Assembly: GCA_963602915.1 (NCBI GenBank)
Contig: CAVCLB010000005.1
Coordinates: 2,775-66,774, forward strand
DNA length: 64,000 bases
From: Dysosmobacter segnis
GTDB taxonomy: Bacteria > Bacteroidota > Bacteroidia > Bacteroidales > Bacteroidaceae
Direction: 5' to 3'
Position numbers and translations under genes: made by a program. This document shows positions 20,531 to 31,600 of the stretch, one piece after another (within the stretch, counting starts at the first letter, position 1; each line of letters starts with the position of its first letter). The notes below the pieces were generated by a model. The model did not search any database and had not been told where the DNA came from. It saw nothing but the letters and a program-made list of their open reading frames with translations.

Positions 20531-20538
20531 CAAATATA
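20531..20538 (-). promoter_or_regulatory. -7 promoter box TATATTTG upstream of the ATPase/DUF4435 operon
   Basis: The plus strand reads caaatata, about 47 nt upstream of ATG 20483. Confidence 0.45.
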
Positions 20539-20581
20539 TTAATTTATTGCGATAAGCCGTTGCGGCGCGGACTTATTTTTA

Positions 20582-20589
20582 TAACTTTG
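20582..20589 (+). promoter_or_regulatory. -7 promoter box TAACTTTG upstream of the DMT transporter gene
   Basis: It is an exact match, 30 nt upstream of ATG 20619, and is divergent from the ATPase operon promoter. Confidence 0.5.
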
Positions 20590-20618
20590 CATTCGATTAA
20601 ACTATTATTAAGGAAACA

Positions 20619-21536
20619 ATGAGTAAAAACCGACCTTTACTGGCACACCTTAGCATGCTTACGGCATGTGTGTGCTGGGGTCTCATGTCGCCCGTTGGCA
20701 AAGATGCCATGCTTCACGGCGTTGACAACATCGACATGGTAACGTTCCGGGTTATGGCCGGAGCCATACTGTTTTGGATTACATCGCTGTTCATGCCCCG
20801 CGAGCATGTACCGCTGAAGGATGTTGCGGCATTTGCCGGTGCTGGTTTGCTCGGATTGGTGTTCAACCAGTGCTGCTTCACCATAGGCTTGAGCATCACA
20901 TCGCCCGTAAACGCAAGCATCGTAACCACATCGTTGCCCATATTCGCCATGATTCTTTCAGCTTTGATTCTTAAAGAACCCGTCACGGGCAAGAAGGCTT
21001 TGGGCGTGGGTTTGGGCTGCGGCGGCGCGCTAATACTTATTCTCGGCAGCGCGGCGGCGCACGACACGCGGGTGGGCGACATTCGCGGCGACCTGCTGTG
21101 CATTGGTGCCCAGCTGTCGTTTGCCCTCTATCTCTCGCTCTACCGCAACTATCTGCGGCGCTACAACGCCGTGACGGTGAGCAAATGGATGTTTCTTTGG
21201 TCGGCCATAATGGTATTCCCGTTCAGCGCGAAGCATGTGTTCTCCACGCAATGGGCCGCAATAACGGCACAAACATGGGCTGAGACGGCTTTCGTGGTGA
21301 TATTCGGCACGTTCATTGCCTATCTGCTCATGATGAATGCACAGAAGACATTGCGCCCCACGGTGGTGAGCATATACAACTACATGCAGCCCGTTGTGGC
21401 AGTAGCGGTGAGCCTTATTGCCGGAATGAGCGTGTTTACATGGAAACAGGGTGTGGCCGTGGCACTCGTGTTTGGCGGAGTTTGGCTTGTGATAAAGTCG
21501 AAATCGCGCCGCGACATCGAAACGGCAAGCAACTGA
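20619..21536 (+). CDS. DMT superfamily (EamA-like) transporter
   Basis: The ORF is 305 aa with about 10 TM segments in two EamA-like halves. Confidence 0.85.
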   Translation: MSKNRPLLAHLSMLTACVCWGLMSPVGKDAMLHGVDNIDMVTFRVMAGAILFWITSLFMPREHVPLKDVAAFAGAGLLGLVFNQCCFTIGLSITSPVNASIVTTSLPIFAMILSALILKEPVTGKKALGVGLGCGGALILILGSAAAHDTRVGDIRGDLLCIGAQLSFALYLSLYRNYLRRYNAVTVSKWMFLWSAIMVFPFSAKHVFSTQWAAITAQTWAETAFVVIFGTFIAYLLMMNAQKTLRPTVVSIYNYMQPVVAVAVSLIAGMSVFTWKQGVAVALVFGGVWLVIKSKSRRDIETASN

Positions 21537-21681
21537 CGCAGGCCGCACTGCGGCACAAAATTATTGAGAGAAAACCAAAAGACGGGGCACGCAACATGCT
21601 GACCCGAAGCCGGCGCGACTGCCGGCAACGCGACGCTGCCGCATAAGGGCAGCCACTGAGAACAGTTATTATTATTTCGTT

Positions 21682-22551
21682 ATGGACTTGTATAAATATG
21701 ATAATCTGAAATTCCTGCCTTCAAAGCAAATGCCGCTGCACCGGCAGGACACTTGGGAAATAACCTACATAATCATGGGAAGGGGCACACGCACGATGGG
21801 CGACACCGAACAGCACTTCACCGAAGGCGACCTCGTGCTCATTCCGCCGCACATACCTCACCAGTGGAAGTTCGACCCCGACCGCACCGACAGCACGGGG
21901 CACGCGTCAACTCTTACGCTCACGTTCAATACCGAACTGATTGAACGATGGGCCGGGGCATTCCCCGAATACAACGAAAGGCTCGAAAACTTCAAGGCCA
22001 TAAGTCGGGTTATGTCGTTCGGCAAGGACGACGCGGCGGTTATAACCGACCTTATGAAGAAAATGCACGACAAAGACCAGCGCGAACTGCTGCCTTATGT
22101 CATGCGCCTGATACTTATCATGGAGAAAAGCATGAGCTCGGCCTACTCTGTGGGCAACGCCCCTGAAACCGACCGCACCGCCGAACGGCTCAACACTGTG
22201 CGCGCTTTCACCGCGAGCAACTACTCGCGCACGATTACGATAGACATGATTGCCGAGCATGTGGGCATGAACCGATCGTCGTTCTGCACGTTCTTTAGGA
22301 AGGCAACCGGGCAAACCTACATCACTTATCTCAACAAATTCCGCATTGAGAAAGCCTGCACGCTGCTGCGCAAAAAGACAAAAGACGTGAACGAGGTGTG
22401 CTACATGGTGGGCTTCAACGACGTGCCCTACTTCTGCCGGTGCTTCAGAAACAACCGGGGAATGTCGCCGCGCGAATATGCCGAAGGCATCATCACCAAG
22501 CGGCAGATACTCAAAAGCCGCGATGCGACAGAAGAAATGCACGAATGGTAA
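21682..22551 (+). CDS. AraC family transcriptional regulator (cupin-like N-domain plus HTH_18)
   Basis: It has GDLVLIPPHIPHQW (cupin) and a C-terminal region AEHVGMNRSSFCTFFRKATGQTYITYLNKFRIEKAC..VGFNDVPYFCRCFRNNRGMSPREY. Confidence 0.92.
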   Translation: MDLYKYDNLKFLPSKQMPLHRQDTWEITYIIMGRGTRTMGDTEQHFTEGDLVLIPPHIPHQWKFDPDRTDSTGHASTLTLTFNTELIERWAGAFPEYNERLENFKAISRVMSFGKDDAAVITDLMKKMHDKDQRELLPYVMRLILIMEKSMSSAYSVGNAPETDRTAERLNTVRAFTASNYSRTITIDMIAEHVGMNRSSFCTFFRKATGQTYITYLNKFRIEKACTLLRKKTKDVNEVCYMVGFNDVPYFCRCFRNNRGMSPREYAEGIITKRQILKSRDATEEMHEW

Positions 22552-22631
22552 ACCCACTGTGACACAACACGATACGACAAACAGAGAGAAAGAAACACCT
22601 CTCGGCATACGATACCAATTTCCGACAGTTT

Positions 22632-22740
22632 AAAAAGAAGCCTTATTTGCATTGCAAGTAAGGCTTCTTTGCTTCTCAAACAAGGCTTCTTTACAATGCA
22701 AACAAGGCTTCTTTGAAATGCAAGTAAGGCTTGTTTGAAA
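22632..22740 (-). repeat. 22-bp tandem repeat element, copy B (same architecture as 12127-12237, inverted)
   Basis: The reverse complement reads TTTCAAACAAGCCTTACTTGCA, TTTCAAAGAAGCCTTGTTTGCA, TTGTAAAGAAGCCTTGTTTGAG and AAGCAAAGAAGCCTTACTTGCA. The inverted unit ATGCAAATAAGGCTTC follows, ending in TTTTT. Confidence 0.9.
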
Positions 22741-22927
22741 ATCGGCAAAAACATGCTTGAAAAATGCCGGTAATGACACCATGCAAAAACCATCAGCCGC
22801 AAAGGTTTTACACACGCACTTGCCGCATGTGTGCGAAAATTTTATTACCTTTACACACACAAGAAATTCTGCCGAAACTACCGCACGACACATTATAATA
22901 TAAATATAACCAACAAAACAATTTACT

Positions 22928-24283
22928 ATGAAAATGAAACGTCTGTTATGTTCGTTGCTTTGTGCGGCGGCCTTCACCGGCGCGCAGGCACAGGCCCTGA
23001 AGGCATTCGACGAGACCCAGGAGCAGTATGACAAGCGCATGGAATGGTTTGGCAATGCCAAGCTCGGCATATTCGTGCACTGGGGCATCTACGCCGTCAA
23101 CGGCGTGTCGGAAAGCTGGTCGTTCTATAATAAGTATCTGCCCTACGAGCAATACATGAGCCAATGCGACGGATTCACCGCATCGAAATACGACCCCAAG
23201 GCATGGCTCGACCTTATAAAGGAAAGCGGCGCACGCTACACCGTGCTCACCACAAAGCACCACGACGGCGTGGCCTTATGGGACACGAAAGCGCCCGATG
23301 CCATAAGCACGGTGAAAAACACCGCTGCACGGCGCGACCTCGTGACCCCGTTTGTGAAAGAAGCACGCAAGCACGGACTAAAGGTGGGGCTTTACTACTC
23401 GCTCATCGACTGGTCGAATCCCAACTACCCCAACATGACCCGTCAGGACACACGCTACGACATAAAGGACGACTCGGCCCGGTGGAAACGTTTCCTCGCC
23501 TTCGACGATGCGCAACTAAAGGAACTCAACGCCTACAAACCCGACCTATACTGGTTTGACGGCGACTGGGAACAGACCGCCGAAACATGGAACGCGCGCG
23601 GCATGAGACGCATGCTGCACGATGCCAACAACAAGGTTATAGTAAATTCACGCATACAGGGCTACGGCGACTATGCCACACCCGAGCAGGGAGTGCCCGT
23701 GGTGCGCCCCGAAAGCAAGTATTGGGAGTTGTGCATGACAATAAACGACTCGTGGGGATACCAGCATGCCGACACCAACAACAAGTCGCCATTCATCCTA
23801 TTGCGCACCTTTGTCGACTGCCTGAGTATGGGCGGAAACCTTCTGCTCGACATCGGTCCGAAGGAAGACGGCACCATACCCGAGGAGCAGGTGGCAGTGC
23901 TCAAGGAGTTCGGGCGTTGGACACGCAAGCACCAGGAGGCCATTTACAACACACGCGCAGGCATTCCCACCGAGCATTTCCAGGGCTACACCACGCTCAA
24001 CAAGGCCGGCGACATACTCTATCTCTACCTTCCCTACAAGCCCAACGGCCCCGTTGAGGTGAAAGGATTGATGAACAAAGTGAACCGCGTGTGGGTTGTG
24101 GGCGACGGCGAGATAATACCATGGAAGGTGTACAACAAGAACTATTGGAGCGATGTGCCCGGAAATCTGTATATCGACGTGCCCGAAAAGGCTCTCGACC
24201 CGCAGATAACCGTTGTGGCAGTGTTACTCGACGGCCCAGTGAAGCTATACCGTGGAGTGGGCAAAGTGATAGAAAGCAACTGA
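22928..24283 (+). CDS. alpha-L-fucosidase, GH29, secreted
   Basis: It has a signal peptide ([21 protein letters not shown]), [18 protein letters not shown] and [14 protein letters not shown]. Confidence 0.92.
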   Translation: MKMKRLLCSLLCAAAFTGAQAQALKAFDETQEQYDKRMEWFGNAKLGIFVHWGIYAVNGVSESWSFYNKYLPYEQYMSQCDGFTASKYDPKAWLDLIKESGARYTVLTTKHHDGVALWDTKAPDAISTVKNTAARRDLVTPFVKEARKHGLKVGLYYSLIDWSNPNYPNMTRQDTRYDIKDDSARWKRFLAFDDAQLKELNAYKPDLYWFDGDWEQTAETWNARGMRRMLHDANNKVIVNSRIQGYGDYATPEQGVPVVRPESKYWELCMTINDSWGYQHADTNNKSPFILLRTFVDCLSMGGNLLLDIGPKEDGTIPEEQVAVLKEFGRWTRKHQEAIYNTRAGIPTEHFQGYTTLNKAGDILYLYLPYKPNGPVEVKGLMNKVNRVWVVGDGEIIPWKVYNKNYWSDVPGNLYIDVPEKALDPQITVVAVLLDGPVKLYRGVGKVIESN

Positions 24284-24314
24284 AAGACAACAACCAAGAC
24301 ACCGAAAAGCAACA

Positions 24315-25559
24315 ATGAAAACAATAGCAATAGCAGCCGCAATGCTACTTTTTGCCGTGTCGGCAGCTACGGCAAAAAACCATAAGGAATATGCGGCGAA
24401 GGGCAACACCACTGTAAAAGTGTTCGACAAAACGAATGTACATTTCGATCCCAACAACCTTGGCAACTACAATACGCCCGACAAAGACGGCATAATACGG
24501 CTCGTGAACGGCCGCATCATACTCAAGAAAATCAACATTCCGCACTACGAGCGCAACGTGAAGGTCGACGTGAAAGTGCGCGTAGCATCTAACGGCGACC
24601 GTTGGGACAAGTCGGGCTCGTGCTTCGTTCTGCCCCGGCAATCGGCAATAAACCTCATGACAATAGCTCAGGGCAAGGCCAAATTCCCCGAAATCGACTC
24701 AACAAAACTCGAAAAACTCATAGGCGTGGTGGCCGGAAAAGACTACAAGCCCACGGTGGAACTGATGCGGTTTATGACTCCTTTCGGCGTGGGACATTAT
24801 AGTTCAAACACCGACTCGCTTTCGTCGCGCCGCCGCCCGGTCTACATTCCGAAATGGGCCGACCACGTTGAGTGGCAACAGGACGTGACCGACCTTTACA
24901 GTCAGCTCGAAGACGAGGCTTATGTGGGCGTGTTCATCGACACATGGACATCGGAAGGCTACACGGCAAGCGTGCAGCTCGATTTCAAGGAAAGCCCCAC
25001 GACGTGCGACAAGCTCATTCGCCGGCACGTTGAACCGCTTGTCAACACCGTCTACTACATAGGACAAAGCTACCCCGACATCTTCGCCCGCAAACCGCTG
25101 AGCACCACATTCACTTTGCCGAAGAATGCCCGCAACGTGCGTCTGAAATACATCGTCACCGGACACGGCGGACATGACGGCGGCGACGAGTTCGTGCCCA
25201 AGGAGAACATACTCTCGGTTGACGGCAAGGAAATATATCGTTTCACGCCATGGCGCGACGACTGCGCCTCGTTCCGACGCTTCAACCCTGCCACGGGAGT
25301 GTGGCTCGAAAAGCGCACCGCCGCCTACATAAGCGACAACGGATATGCCGAAAAAGAAGTGGAAGAGCCAGTTGCATCGTCTGATTTCTCTCGTTCAAAC
25401 TGGTGTCCGGGCAGCGATGTAGTGCCCGAAGAGGTTGCCCTAGGCGACATCTCTGCAGGAAGACACACCTTTACGGTGGACATTCCGAAGGCACAACCCA
25501 TAAATGGCGACGAAATGAACCATTGGCTTGTTTCGGCCTACCTCGTGTGGGACGAGTAA
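24315..25559 (+). CDS. PNGase F-like protein (peptide-N4-(N-acetyl-beta-glucosaminyl)asparagine amidase F family), secreted
   Basis: It has a signal peptide. Several segments align by eye with my recollection of Elizabethkingia PNGase F, shown as this protein ~ PNGase F. They are [11 protein letters not shown] ~ [19 protein letters not shown] ~ [22 protein letters not shown] ~ ISGWGH..CAEW, and [13 protein letters not shown] ~ GWCPGMAVPTRIDV. Confidence 0.65.
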   Translation: MKTIAIAAAMLLFAVSAATAKNHKEYAAKGNTTVKVFDKTNVHFDPNNLGNYNTPDKDGIIRLVNGRIILKKINIPHYERNVKVDVKVRVASNGDRWDKSGSCFVLPRQSAINLMTIAQGKAKFPEIDSTKLEKLIGVVAGKDYKPTVELMRFMTPFGVGHYSSNTDSLSSRRRPVYIPKWADHVEWQQDVTDLYSQLEDEAYVGVFIDTWTSEGYTASVQLDFKESPTTCDKLIRRHVEPLVNTVYYIGQSYPDIFARKPLSTTFTLPKNARNVRLKYIVTGHGGHDGGDEFVPKENILSVDGKEIYRFTPWRDDCASFRRFNPATGVWLEKRTAAYISDNGYAEKEVEEPVASSDFSRSNWCPGSDVVPEEVALGDISAGRHTFTVDIPKAQPINGDEMNHWLVSAYLVWDE

Positions 25560-25603
25560 GACAATTCTCCACACAATACGAAAGACACCAGCAAGCACTA
25601 CAA

Positions 25604-25653
25604 AAACAAAGCCGCGCCTGAGCACATTGTGCCAAGGCGCGGCTTTGTTTTTG
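25604..25653. terminator. bidirectional terminator between the PNGase F-like gene (+) and sprA (-)
   Basis: The 15-bp stem AAACAAAGCCGCGCC / GGCGCGGCTTTGTTT is flanked by A/T runs on both strands. Confidence 0.85.
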
Positions 25654-25655
25654 CA

Positions 25656-28600
25656 TTATCGTGTGAGCGAGAATTTCAGGCTCAACCCGAAGTCTTGCGT
25701 GGTTGTGGGATAGCTGCTGCTCGACAGAAGCGGAGTGTTGGTCTGACGGTCGTAATAGAAGCTCATCGTGAGCAAACGCGAGAGCGTATAGTCGGCCGAG
25801 AACGAGAGCTTGAATGCCGTGTTGCCACTGTTGGCCGAGCTGGTCATCGTGGCTATGTCGCGGCTGATTGAAGCCTGCTTGCGCAGACTGAGGTCGAGAC
25901 GCAGCTTCAAATCGGTGTTCACTCCACCACGGCGTGTGTTCTTTTGCGACGACTGGGTGTTCTTCTGCGACTGCTGACTGTCATTGCCCGAACCCTTCTT
26001 CTTGGTCTTCACAGCACGGTGGTTGCGCCCTCCGAACAGGTTGAAGTTGCTTATCGTGTAGCCAGCACCCAACACCCAGTCGTGGCTCGACGACTCGTTA
26101 ATCTGCACACTCGTCATGCTCAGATTGAGCACACGCGTTGATCGGTATTCAAGTTTCACCGTCATGTTGTTCTGCAAAGTAACGTCAACACCCAAAAGCG
26201 GCGAGAACGACTCGTTGAGACTAACCGTCGAGACATTGTACATGGAGTTGGGTATTGGGTTGCCCGACGTTGCATCGTTGATGAATCCAAGCCCGTTCAT
26301 ATATTCCATAAACGTGCTGTAAGAGCTGTAAGACCCTACTGCATATATGCTCTTGTAGGAATGGTTGATGTTTACGCTCTTGAATACGTCGCGGAACCAC
26401 GGCAGTTGCGACAAACCGCTGTAACGCACCGACCAGTTGGGCAGCAGATGTGCGAGCGAGGGGAACAGTGACAGCGAGCCCGACCCCATGCTTGTGTAGG
26501 CCGCAAGGAACGCGGGCACCATCACATCGCTGCTGTATTTGTTCACACCGCCGTTCTTGGCGTCGAACGTCTTGCCTGCAAACGTGGTGCCTTCGGGATA
26601 TACCGAACCGGCATACTGTGCCTCAACGCGCTCGCGATAGCTGTCGAGCGACTTGCAGAAATGCTCGAATGTGGGCGAATGGAAGCCGTTTGACGCGTTG
26701 CCCGCCCCCTCAAACGCGCTTCCGAGCGATAGTGTTGTCATCGTGAACGTACCACTCTGCGTGGTGGGATTGCCCTGATACATATACTGCACACTGCGTG
26801 CCGTGGTTTGGGTGCGGCTCGCGTTGAGGTCGATTTTCAGGTTGCGCACCGGCTCAAGCGTAGCGCGCAGCTGCAGGTCTTCGGTCTTGTTGGTGGTGGC
26901 AGGAGTAGCCACCGAGTCGCTCATGAGCAGCCATCCGTTGTCACGCGCCTTTTCTATGTAAGAGTCGCCAATCATGCCGAAGGCGAAATCAAGCCCTGGT
27001 GTGAGCACACCCGCGCCGCGCGACTGTCCGAAAGCCTTGCCTATCGTGGGCATAAATCCCGGCAACGACATTGAATACTGGTTGCGATAGCTGAAGTTCA
27101 AGTTGCGCACCATCATCAGGACACGCGCCGCCGACTGTGCCGCACGATACCATCCATTCTCCTCCACGGGCTCTTTTGCCGTCACGGTGATTTTAAGTTT
27201 GAGCGCAGAGTCCACCTTATTCAATATGCGTATGTTGTTGTCGTCAAGGCGGCGGTATTTCAGATTGAATTTCTTCCCGTCTTCGGTCTTTGCGGCAACG
27301 ATTATGCGTTTCGACCGTTTACCGTGGTTTATCTTCACAACGGTGTCGGGCATGAGCGTTATCTCCTTCTCAAAACTCTTCTTGTTCTTTGGCAGTTCCT
27401 TGCCAAGCTGCGCCTGCGACTTTCCGGCTGCGCCTTTCTTGTCGTCCTTTGTCGCCTGGTTTTTCTTCTGTTGTGCACTTGGCCTTGTGTTGCGCAGCTT
27501 TGGAGTGGACGACGATTTCTTGAATTTTTCGTTCACTTTCTTCAAGAACGGCACATGATTGTATAGTTTCTCCATGTTGAACGTGCCGTTGATGTTGAGC
27601 TGGCGGTTGTTGGATATAGTGTTGCCAAGCGAAGTACCGTCCTCAAGGTCGGTGCCGCGCAGCCAGTTGTAGGTGGCGTTGTAGCTGGCATCGGCCGTTA
27701 TCCAGTCGAACACGGGTATGAGGTTGAGCGGCAATTTGTATGACAGTGAGAACGTCTGGTTATAGTCAAGCGGTTCGCCGAAGTGCTTAATGCTTGTCCA
27801 CACAGAGTCTTTCCATGCCGTATAATTGTCGGGATAGAGGTCTTTGTTTACCGGAGTGTAGGGCTGTTCAATCTCGGCATGCGTGGCACTTTGGAAGTTC
27901 ATGTGCAGATTCTTGGTCAAGTCCCACCTGAGCGTGAACTCCCTGTTCCACAGGAACTGCGAGCTGAACGTGAGCGGAAGGTTGGTGTCTTCCATGCTTT
28001 CCATGTCGCGCTCCTGCAGTTCGTAGTAGTTGCGCGTTATGTCGGTATTGAACCCGATGTTCTGCGGCAGCCAGTTCAGACCAAAACGCTTCAATATGTC
28101 AAACCACTTGCTGCGTGACTTTATCTTCCGGAACGGTTCGAACGCCTTGTAGACGGGTGTCCACGAGTAGTTGAGCGAGCCTCTCCAGTTGTCTTCCTTT
28201 TCATAGACGGTGGTCTCACCGGTTGTATAGCTGTGGCTATGACTGTAAGAGAACGAGAAGTTGGCTGGGTCGTAAGGCATCGGGTGACGCTTGTTCTGTA
28301 TGCCGACACGCACGTTTGACAACGAGAAGTTGGTTTGTGTCACCTTCGTCACGGCTATGCTTTCTATTGAGTCGCGCTCATGTTTGCTTCCTGCGGCATC
28401 AAGAGCGTCGCTCAACTCCATGTCGGTGTCAAGCGGATTATACTTGGGCGAAGTCTTTTCCTTTGTTATCGAGTAGTAAAGCGGTGCGCTCACCTTGGCC
28501 TTGTCGGGGAAGAATTTACCCAGTTCTACGTTTGCCGTGAGACTGTAGTTCTGATAGTCGTCGGTGGAACGCTGCGACACGCCTTCCTCCAGACCGCCGA

Positions 28601-31600
28601 ATCCCGACGAGGTGTAGCGTCCCTGCATATTGATAGATCCCAAGTCGGAGAGCTGCATATTGAGGTTTCCCTGTGCAGCCCAGCCTCCCGAGTTATTGTA
28701 TTCCTTCAAGCGCAGCTCGTTTACCCACACTTCACCGCTCTTTACATCGCCCGAATTGTTGCGCACACCTATCACCATTGTCTTCACCTCGCCCAATGTC
28801 GGGTTGCCCATCACGGTGATTTTGTTCTGCGGTTTGTCGGAGTCGTAGGCAGAATAGGCACGGTTGTATGACGCAAGCCCCTCGGCCTTGGCCTTGTTGC
28901 GGGCCTTCTTGAGAGCCGTGAATACGGTAAGCGGCACATCGAGCATGTTGTCGGTGGGCCACACAGCTTCGCAGTCAGAGCGCGAATATTTATTGTAGTC
29001 GCTCTTGTTAGGGGTTATCTTCAGCGGTATTTCATACTCGTAGTAATTGCTCTTGTAGTCGCTTCCGAGACGGATGAACACCGCGAGCTGGTCGTCTTGC
29101 AGGTTGGTGGCGTTGGGTTCGAGTACATTTGCATGCACAAACATCTGCATACGCTTGTACTGGCGCAAATCCACCGTAGTGTTTTTGTAGACAGCTTTCG
29201 ACTCGCCCGTGCCGAGATTGGTGAGCGTCATGGCCAAAGCCTGCTCGTTGTTCTCCACGAGTTGCGGCTGGGTGGGGTCTTGTCCGCGCTGTATTCCGGG
29301 CGGAAGCACATAGTTGACGGGGGTCTTGTCGTTGTTTTCCTCGATGCTCACGGCACTCACCGAAATCTTTCCCGACTGCGAAGCCGAGTTGTCGAGGTTC
29401 TGTTCATACACCCGCCACTCGCCGCGCACGAGGTCGAGCGTGGCAAAACGCAACACTATGGGGTGGCTGAATCCCGTGAGGAACATGCGCATGAAGCGTA
29501 TGCTCGTGAAATCGCTTATAGAGCCCACCTTGCGTTCATACTCGTCGAGCGGTATGCGGAACTGATACCACGTGGCCTCCTCGGTCTTGTTGTTGCGCAG
29601 TTTGGGGCGTGTCACGCGTTTGTCAACGATGTAGTTGCGCCCCACTTCAAGGTCTTCGGGGCGTATGGATATGCGATACTGGAAATATTTCTCATACTCG
29701 TTGAGCGTGTAGTCCTGGTTGATGTCCTCCACATCGGGCGTGCTCTTGTATGAAGTGTCGTAGCCCTCGGTGCGCGAGTCGTTGTCGGGCGAGTTGCCCT
29801 GAGGGTTGTTTATGTATTTGTAGCGGCGCAGAATCGAGGCCTGCTCGCGGTCGTAGTCGGTTCCGCGGAAGTAATGATAGTCGTCGGCGGCAGGGTCGGC
29901 CCAGATGGAATCCCACACAGCCGGGCTCACTTTGCCCTGCACTGCCGTGAGAAAGTCTTGGTAAGACTCGAATTTCTGTTCCTCTTCGTCGTTCAAACCA
30001 TTCAGTCCCACATCCTGAAGCGCGCGCGAACCCTTCGACGTAGCAAATGCGTAAGTCACCGTGGCTTGGTTTGGAATCTTTCCCCACTGCGTGGTTGTGA
30101 AGCTCGACGAACCGTCTACCGGCATGCCGCTTTCATAGAATTTCTTTCCGTCGCGCAGCACATCCTCGCTCAGTTCGCCCAAGTTTATGTAGAAATCGCC
30201 TCCGTAATCGTTGGCAACGCCCTGCTCGCGAGTGTAGATGAACGGGTCGAGCATCCAGAATTCTATGTATTCCACGTTGGCCGTCTCGAAATCGTTGGTG
30301 TCGAGTTTGCGCATCATTCCTCCCCAGTGCTGCTGCGGGTTGTTTAGAGTTCCGTCGTAATTGAGGTCGGGATTGAAGTTGTAGGGGCCGCGTTCGTTGG
30401 GATAATAGGCCAGGTTGAGCACGCTCAATGTGGATGTCGCGCCGTTGTAGCTGCTCTGGTTGCGGTTGGGGAACAGCTGGTTTACATATATTTCGCGCAC
30501 ATAGTGGTTGGAGAGTTGGTCGAGGTCGCTCTTGATGTGTGTCGGTGTGAGCGACGACGACCGCCGGGTGAACAGCGGGTCGATGGTGTACCAGGCCAAG
30601 CGCGAGCGGTTGAATCCGCTTTGCAGCGTGGTTTTGTCGCTCGACTCGGAGAACATCGACGGCACGCTCGACAGCACCCACGACGTTGGTGTGCTCACGT
30701 CAATGGTGTTCTTGGTGTTCTCGAAGTCGTCGAGATAAGAGGCATTATCCTGAGTTCCGTGGCTTTGTCCGGCTATGAGCTGCGCGAATTCGCCCGAGAA
30801 CGAGATGCTCGAAGGTTGCGTAAGGTGCAGGAACGGCAGCTTGTCGAGCATATTGGTGAGCCATTGGCTCTCCTTTTTCCAGTTTACGTTGAGTCCCCAC
30901 AGTGTGTTGTTGAGCGGTTCCGACCCCATTGTCACCTTTGTGGTGAGAGCCTGTTCGGATAGATGCTGTATTGTTCCGCTGAGCTGGAAATTCTTCGAGA
31001 AGTCGTATTCCCAGTTCATTCCGAACATTGTCTTGCGCTCCTGCGCATAGTCGGTGTTGCTCTCGAGCGACACATTCACGCTTGTTCCGGCATCGATGAT
31101 GCTTTGGTTGAGTATGGTAACCTCGCCCCCGCTGTAGTCAACCGAGTAGTCGGAACCTTCGGTGAGGGTGACGCCTCCGGCCGTAACCACCACCGAACCC
31201 TGCGGAATGTTATATGCCCCGAGCGAGATAACGTTGGCCGATGTGCCTCGGAACTGGCCCATAAGCACATATTTATCCTTCTCGGCTATTTGCTTCGCCA
31301 CGGTTTTCGTGGAGTCGTAAAGCTCGGTGAAGGCATATTTCTCGGCCACGTCGGCGGCCACGCCATGGCCAGTGAGATAGTCGCGCATGTATTTTCCGAA
31401 CGGTTCGGCAACCGGGAAGAACACGCGTCCGTTGCTCACCGTGTAGCCTTCAACATAGTCGAAATAGCCGTTGGAGTGCGCCTTATTGTTGTTGTCGAGC
31501 CTGTCGGCACCCAGAAGTTTTATTATTGTCTGGTCTTTCACCTGCGCCTCGGGGATGTAGGTGAGGTAGACACCGGCCGTATCGCTTTGGAATTTCACGT

